From a virus: a stretch of 64,000 nucleotides of DNA. A model generated the notes under the pieces. That model did not search any database. It was not told where the DNA came from and was given only the letters and a program-made list of their open reading frames with translations. Both the position numbers and the translations under genes were made by a program. Positions 59,015 to 64,000 of the stretch are shown here, in pieces. The stretch is from IMG/VR virus record IMGVR_UViG_3300033388_005634. The stretch is one strand, 5' to 3'. Positions within the stretch are counted from its first letter, which is position 1. Each line of letters opens with the position of its first letter.

Positions 59015-59688
59015 CCTAACCCTCCCATTCCGCCAGCCCCCCCTAAGAGCTGTTTAAGCATCGCTGGATTAAACCGTTGGCCACCACCAAGGGTAGTATT
59101 CTGCGCAAGCGGTGCCTGTTGTGGAGCAGCTTGTACGTTTGGCGCTCTACCAGCTAACTGTTGCTTAGGTCTTGCTGGAGCTCCCATCCCTCTACCAAAT
59201 CCCTGAAGAGCTCCGGCTGCTGCTGCCCTCCCTACCGATGGTTGTTTAGTCCTCAACATCTTTTGTGGTGTCATTGCTGACCACTGTTGCATTGCCCCCA
59301 TTGCTTTTCCCATGATATCACCACGGGTCTGTGTAAGGCCCTGAGCTAATGCCGGGATAGCAGAAGAATAGATATTGGAAAGGCCAGCTTGTGCAGAAGG
59401 CCCGAAATCCATCCCTCTCATACCCATCTGACGGAGATAGTCTTGAGCTCCTTGACCCATCTGCTGTTGTAAGGCCCCTTGAGTTTGCATCAGGTATCTC
59501 CTGAGAAAATCAGGCATCCCTCCAGTCATTGTTTGGAGATAAAGAGGGATCTGGGCTTGAGCTGCCCGCATGAATGGTTTCTGTTCTGGCGCATACTCAA
59601 GGGTCTCTTTTGATTTGTCCCTGCCAAGCTGACCACCAGCTCCTGATAGTGCTGCGCCTGCTCCTGCTGCTAATAATCCAAGTGCCAT
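59011..59688 (-). CDS. Gly/Gln/Ala/Met-rich low-complexity protein (225 aa)
   Basis: ORF track. ATGA overlap with the amidase gene. Confidence 0.45.
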   Translation of the reverse strand: MALGLLAAGAGAALSGAGGQLGRDKSKETLEYAPEQKPFMRAAQAQIPLYLQTMTGGMPDFLRRYLMQTQGALQQQMGQGAQDYLRQMGMRGMDFGPSAQAGLSNIYSSAIPALAQGLTQTRGDIMGKAMGAMQQWSAMTPQKMLRTKQPSVGRAAAAGALQGFGRGMGAPARPKQQLAGRAPNVQAAPQQAPLAQNTTLGGGQRFNPAMLKQLLGGAGGMGGLG

Positions 59689-59776
59689 AGCTCTACCTCC
59701 TTATACTACATATACATACGTTTACTTTCTTCCCACATTATATAGTGTCAACTCCCCCATGTCAAATTATTGGCTC

Positions 59777-62758
59777 CTAAACTGAAGCCACATTTGCCCA
59801 TCCCGCTGGTGTAAGTATCCAGACTTTATAGGTTAGTGAGAGCGAGAACGAGCTCGACAAAGATGAAGATGATGACGACGAGGATATTGACGAAGACGAG
59901 ATTGATGACGATGACAGCGACGACGATGATATTGACGAACTGCTACTACTGATCGAGCTTGATGATATCGAGCTGGACGACGATGATATGGATGACGATG
60001 AGCTCGAAATACTACTGCTTGAAGAGCTAACACTTGACGATATACTGCTGGACGAGGAGCTTGTTGACGACGAACTACTCACTGATGAAATAGACGATGA
60101 AGATGATGAGATACTGGAAGAGCTTGAACTGGAAGAAACAGAGCTGGATTCTGAGCTGCTGCTACTTGAGCTCGATAGAGATGAGGAGGATGACGATGAA
60201 TAATCATAGTCTGATCGAGTAAGCACCACATTATCGATATAGAAGGTTGCTGTTGCTCCGTAGGTTGATGTTGTTCCAACCCCTACCCGGATCTTCCTGA
60301 TTTTCCTCGTGTCTGCCGGGAGAAATAAACTTCCAGAGTCCTGTAACTTACCGTTTACCTTTAGTCCCCATGTGTTAGCTGCTTCATCCCACTCCACTTC
60401 CACCACATACCGGGTGTCTACGGAGATAGGGGAGAAAGCATAAGCACTTTCTGCCCCGTCATAATAGATAGAGTTTTTAAGACGAAGGACACTGGCTTGC
60501 TGATCGATGCTACTTGCCCATATTGTGTTTCCGTCCGTATCAAAGCACTTAAAGATGTTGATCGTCTCACCATCAGATAAGGTTTCTGCCTCAAGTATAA
60601 CGTCAAACCGGAGGTGAGAGGTACTGATTGGCCGGTCAAAGATATGCTCAACGTAAGCATAACGGGTAGCATTTCCATCTGTATAGACTTTAAGGCATTG
60701 AACCTGCCAGTCAGCAGGAGATCCAGCTACACCAACTGACACCTGATCTTCATCGAGTGTGCAGCCAGCATTAACTGTCTCCCCTTCACTCCATGTTTCG
60801 TCATATCCCGGATCTGCTTCAAAGTGCTCGTCGAATGCAACGTCAGCTAGGCTAATTGAGCTGGAGCTTATTGACGAGGAAGATATTGAGGATGAGGATA
60901 TGGATGAAGATGAGCTTGAGATCGAGCTACTGGACGAACTGCTACTTGACAAGCTGGAAATTGACGAGCTGGATGAGGAAGAGCTTGACGAGGATGAGTC
61001 GTATCCTATTTCCCGGAAGAGCATGTCCTTGAGTCCCGGGCCGCTCCACAGGGTTCCTGAGCTCGCACTATAGCAGTTTTTGCCGTCTGCATATCCACCA
61101 GCCAGATCAACTCTCCATCGGAAGAAGTCTTTAGGCCCACCATCAGGAGCTCGAACTACGATTGCATATAGAGTTGAGGCGTAGAGATACGTGCCTGCTC
61201 CAAAGTCAAAGTTGTACCAGTCACCCGCACCTGCTGTAGTCAGGTTGTTTCCGTTAAGAGTACCAGAGCAGAGGTCACTTCCTGTTGGCAGTCCATCCGC
61301 ATCTGTCGCTCTTATGCTAACAGTAATTGTCCCGGGACTTCCTGTTCTGTAGAGTTTGAGCTTAACCCGGTTAATAACATGAGTGGCAGAAGGTGTGAAG
61401 GTCTGGGCTCTCCATGTATGCTCACTTGTCTCCCATCCCTCATCATCATCGGTTGTGAACTCTTCGTATACCGCACCGGGGTAGCTTGAGGATGAGGAGC
61501 TGATGCTGGATGAGGATGAACTGATGCTTGATGAAGAAGAGCTACTACTACTGCTTGAGGATAGTGATGAGGAGCTTGAGGATGATGAAGAGCTTGACGA
61601 AATCGAACTGGAACTACTGCTTGAAGAGGATGATATGGAGCTTGAGGAGGAAGATATTGAGCTGGAAGATGAGGATGATGAGGATGAAATCGAGCTACTG
61701 CTGCTGGAGCTGGACAAAGATATACTTGAACTGGAACTGCTGCTTGAAATAGAAGACGAAGAAGACGATGAGGATGAGCTGATACTTGATGAACTGGAGC
61801 TCGATGATATAGAAGAAGAGCTGCTGGACAAAGAAATAGAACTGGAGGAGCTGGAAGATGAAGAGCTACTGCTGATGCTGGAGGAAGAGATACTTGAGCT
61901 ACTACTCAAGGAACTGCTGCTGACACTACTACTACTCGATGAGGATATGGAGCTTGAAGAAGAAGATGAACTACTTGAGGAAGAGATACTGGAACTTGAA
62001 ATTGAGCTACTACTACTTGATAAGGATAAGCTGGATCCGGCAGAATATGTACCGGCAATGATATCATCAATATCATCACCACTGATCTTTCTTCTGAACA
62101 TAACCAGTTCATCTACTTTACCATCATAGCATCTATCATTATTATTAGCAAATCGACCTAACTCTAAGTCAGTAGTTGTTGCGCTGTTTGATTCTCCACC
62201 CGGGAGCGTGTTTGTTGCGTTTATACCCAACCAGTCACTTGCATCAGCATCCCAGATCTTGAGCGTTCCTGTCTTTGTATTCTTATCATACAATCCGGAA
62301 ACGTGATACCATTTAGCTGTACTAAGAGCTGTACCAAAATTAACGTCGATACTGCTGGCTCCATTATTATATCCTATCTGTAGTCTTATAATGCCGGTGG
62401 ATAATAGGTTAAGAGAAAAGGATCTGTCACCATTAACTCCTATCCACTTAGAAAGTATACCTGCATTTGGGGCTGTAAAGCTTTGAGGTTCTAACCAGCC
62501 ACAGATAGTCCAGCTCATCTCTGGCTGACCATCCTTACACGGGAAGTCTGCATCTAAACCGGCATCGGCAAGCTGACCATATTGAGCAGAACTCTCCTCA
62601 AGAACGGCTGAATAGGCTCCTTCCTTCTTATCCGCTCCATCGTAGGTAGGAGTATTAACTTCAGTCAGGTCATTCCCACCTCGACTATCATCCATGTTCT
62701 GCCCGTTAAACGTCCAGACGGCAACACATTGTGGATCGGTACTGAAATCATTTGCCAT
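59777..62758 (-). CDS. fibre-like protein: LamG/ConA-like domains separated by three poly-Ser tracts (993 aa)
   Basis: N-terminal Laminin_G_3-like pattern (FTICGW..., KWYHVSGLYD, GKVDELVMFRRKISGDDI). Ser(+Ile/Leu) tracts at 61484-62035, 60851-60997 and 59837-60199. Confidence 0.65.
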   Translation of the reverse strand: MANDFSTDPQCVAVWTFNGQNMDDSRGGNDLTEVNTPTYDGADKKEGAYSAVLEESSAQYGQLADAGLDADFPCKDGQPEMSWTICGWLEPQSFTAPNAGILSKWIGVNGDRSFSLNLLSTGIIRLQIGYNNGASSIDVNFGTALSTAKWYHVSGLYDKNTKTGTLKIWDADASDWLGINATNTLPGGESNSATTTDLELGRFANNNDRCYDGKVDELVMFRRKISGDDIDDIIAGTYSAGSSLSLSSSSSSISSSSISSSSSSSSSSSSISSSSSSSVSSSSLSSSSSISSSSISSSSSSSSSSSSISLSSSSSSISSSSSSSSISSSSSSSSSSISSSSSSSSISLSSSSSSSSISSSSSSSSSSISSSSSSISSSSSSSSSSISSSSSSSSSSSSLSSSSSSSSSSSSISSSSSSISSSSSSYPGAVYEEFTTDDDEGWETSEHTWRAQTFTPSATHVINRVKLKLYRTGSPGTITVSIRATDADGLPTGSDLCSGTLNGNNLTTAGAGDWYNFDFGAGTYLYASTLYAIVVRAPDGGPKDFFRWRVDLAGGYADGKNCYSASSGTLWSGPGLKDMLFREIGYDSSSSSSSSSSSSISSLSSSSSSSSSISSSSSSISSSSISSSSISSSSISLADVAFDEHFEADPGYDETWSEGETVNAGCTLDEDQVSVGVAGSPADWQVQCLKVYTDGNATRYAYVEHIFDRPISTSHLRFDVILEAETLSDGETINIFKCFDTDGNTIWASSIDQQASVLRLKNSIYYDGAESAYAFSPISVDTRYVVEVEWDEAANTWGLKVNGKLQDSGSLFLPADTRKIRKIRVGVGTTSTYGATATFYIDNVVLTRSDYDYSSSSSSSLSSSSSSSSESSSVSSSSSSSSISSSSSSISSVSSSSSTSSSSSSISSSVSSSSSSISSSSSSISSSSSSISSSSISSSSSSISSSSLSSSSISSSSISSSSSSSSLSSSFSLSLTYKVWILTPAGWANVASV
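61484..62035 (-). repeat. 184-codon poly-serine tract (largest of three in this gene)
   Basis: Translation is almost only S, with I/L/V about every 5-10 residues. The nucleotide sequence is not a simple repeat. Confidence 0.8.
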
Positions 62759-62767
62759 GATATCACC

Positions 62768-63064
62768 TTAGTATAAGTAAAGGGCTCTTTCATCGTGATT
62801 GATGGAAGTATATCCATTATGAACAACAGTGATCTTAGTCTCATACTTCCCGACAACCATTGTGGCTAGGGACTTCCACCTGTAATAGTATTTGCCTACT
62901 TCCTCACCTAACTGAGGCATGGTGGTAGCAGCCAGAACACTTGTCCCATCTTTCTCAACAGATACTTTAATGGATGTGTCCGGAGTCATGAGAGTATCGT
63001 CATAGTCGGTAATTTCTGCTGAGATCCTGATTGTTGTACCTTTTGCAAATCTTGGACTGGCCAT
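62768..63064 (-). CDS. small beta-sandwich-like protein (98 aa)
   Basis: ORF track. GAGGTG Shine-Dalgarno. Confidence 0.5.
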   Translation of the reverse strand: MASPRFAKGTTIRISAEITDYDDTLMTPDTSIKVSVEKDGTSVLAATTMPQLGEEVGKYYYRWKSLATMVVGKYETKITVVHNGYTSINHDERALYLY

Positions 63065-63075
63065 AATACACCTCG

Positions 63076-64000
63076 CTAACTATCATAATATTCTGGTTTG
63101 ATGTTTATCTCTTCTTCGTAATCTACTGTTATCTTGAGTTCTTCTTCATACTCAGGCTGTACGTTTACGTCCTCTCCGTGATCCACTTCTATATTGAGAT
63201 CTTCCTCGTAAGTGGGAGTGATATTAACTTCTTCCTGATGCTCTACATGGATGATATAAAGAGGTTCTCCGAGGGAGATTGATGAGCTGCTACTTGACGA
63301 TGAGATCGAGCTGGAGCTTGATGACGAGGATGAGCTGATACTGCTGGACGACGATGATGAGCTCGAGCTTATCGAACTGGACGAGGATGAGCTCGATATC
63401 GAAGACGAGGAGGAGGACGAGCTGATACTGCTGGAACTACTGGAGCTTATTGACGAGGAAGAACTGGACGAAGAGGAGCTTATTGAACTGGAGCTACTGG
63501 ACGATGACGACGAGATGGAACTGGAGGATGATGAGCTACTGATACTTGATGACGACGATGAGCTACTTGATGATATGCTACTACTGCTTGACGACGAGGA
63601 TATTGAGCTACTGGAGCTTGAGCTGCTCGACGATATACTGCTCGATGAAGAAGAGCTACTGCTGCTGATACTAGATGACGAGGAAGAAGATGATATGAAA
63701 CTGGAGCTACTACTAGAGCTACTACTAATCGATGAAGACGATGAGGAGGAACTTGACGATATACTACTCGACGAGGAGCTACTTGAGATTGAGCTGCTGG
63801 AGCTGGATGAAGAGATACTACTGGAAGAAGAGCTACTGCTAATCGAACTGGACGATGAGGACGACGAGGAGCTAATACTGCTGGAGCTGGATGAGGATGA
63901 TATCGATGAGCTGGAGCTGGAGGACGAGGAACTTATGCTCGATGACGACGAGCTTGAAATACTGGACGAGGAAGAAGAGGAGCTAGACGATATTGAGCTT
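63076..64000 (-). CDS. serine-tract fibre-like protein, N-terminus beyond right window edge
   Basis: Own translation. TAG stop at 63078-63076. The frame is open to nt 64000. The C-terminus reads ...SSSISLGEPLYIIHVEHQEEVNITPTYEEDLNIEVDHGEDVNVQPEYEEELKITVDYEEEINIKPEYYDS. Upstream of 63274 the sequence is only Ser/Ile (one Phe). Not in the ORF track because there is no start in the window. Confidence 0.6.
   Translation of the reverse strand, partial: SSISSSSSSSSSSISSSSSSSISSSSSSSSSSISSSSSSSSISSSSSSSSSSISSSSSSSSISSSSSSSSISSSSSSSSISSSSSSSSSSISSSSSSSSSFISSSSSSSSISSSSSSSSSSISSSSSSSSSSISSSSSSSSISSSSSSSSSSISSSSSSSSISSSSSSSSSSISSSSSSSSSSISSSSSSSISSSSSSSSISSSSSSSSISSSSSSSSSSISSSSSSSSSSISSSSSSSSISLGEPLYIIHVEHQEEVNITPTYEEDLNIEVDHGEDVNVQPEYEEELKITVDYEEEINIKPEYYDS
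63091..63240 (-). repeat. five tandem 30-nt units encoding an acidic decapeptide repeat
   Basis: Units lie at 63091-63120, 63121-63150, 63151-63180, 63181-63210 and 63211-63240. They encode YEEEINIKPE, YEEELKITVD, HGEDVNVQPE, YEEDLNIEVD and HQEEVNITPT. Confidence 0.75.

Noticed and set aside
59988-62129. Plus-strand Asp/Glu/Leu-rich ORFs (59988-60203, 60759-61073, 61503-62129, 61528-61752) and a similar open frame at 63280-64000.
   Set aside because: They are the reverse complement of serine codons (GCT, TGA-shifted, and so on) in the poly-Ser tracts. They have no Shine-Dalgarno and are interrupted wherever the minus-strand protein becomes globular. I treat them as an antisense artefact.

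Overview
This window reads as one contiguous piece of a tailed dsDNA bacteriophage genome. I saw no rRNA, cellular housekeeping genes, CRISPR array or integrase. All family names below come from motif recognition by eye; no searches were run.

Layout:
(1) nt 1-15.9k, minus strand, late operon: small-terminase-like gene, three micro-ORFs, large terminase, portal-size ORF, two scaffold-like ORFs, major capsid, decoration-like protein, a glycosyltransferase-methyltransferase fusion, a beta-helix protein, and a >1000-codon fibre-like ORF that runs off the left edge and is missing from the ORF track. A free-standing LAGLIDADG homing endonuclease with its own consensus sigma70 promoter sits between the capsid and decoration genes.
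(2) nt 15.9-17.45k: a repeat-dense non-coding control region with divergent promoters.
(3) nt 17.45-46.7k, plus strand: about 75 tightly packed, mostly small early/middle genes, many preceded by a conserved TAAAAGGGAGG junction. They include a recombination/replication set (PD-(D/E)XK nuclease, Sak4-like ATPase, ERCC4 nuclease, XPD/DinG-like Fe-S helicase), an EndoQ-like PHP nuclease, a DHH/DHHA1 phosphoesterase, an orphan IS66-Orf2-like gene and a NUMOD3-repeat protein. The block is interrupted by an inverted AbrB-like two-gene cassette flanked by iteron-like repeats (26.1-27.3k). It also carries an island of four signal-peptide proteins (34.8-37.7k), bounded on its left by a tRNA-like element.
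(4) nt 46.9-64k, minus strand: a 2146-aa giant protein carrying a 315-aa LAGLIDADG intein, secreted beta-helix and FN3 proteins, an amidase/holin pair, and fibre-like proteins with very long codon-scrambled poly-serine tracts. The last of these runs off the right edge and is also missing from the ORF track.

Best candidates for something new:
- the exported dockerin/metalloprotease island;
- the virion-module glycosyltransferase-methyltransferase together with the serine-tract fibres;
- the AbrB cassette plus its iteron field;
- two paralogous 26-aa membrane micropeptides;
- a 31-nt palindromic motif present in three copies.
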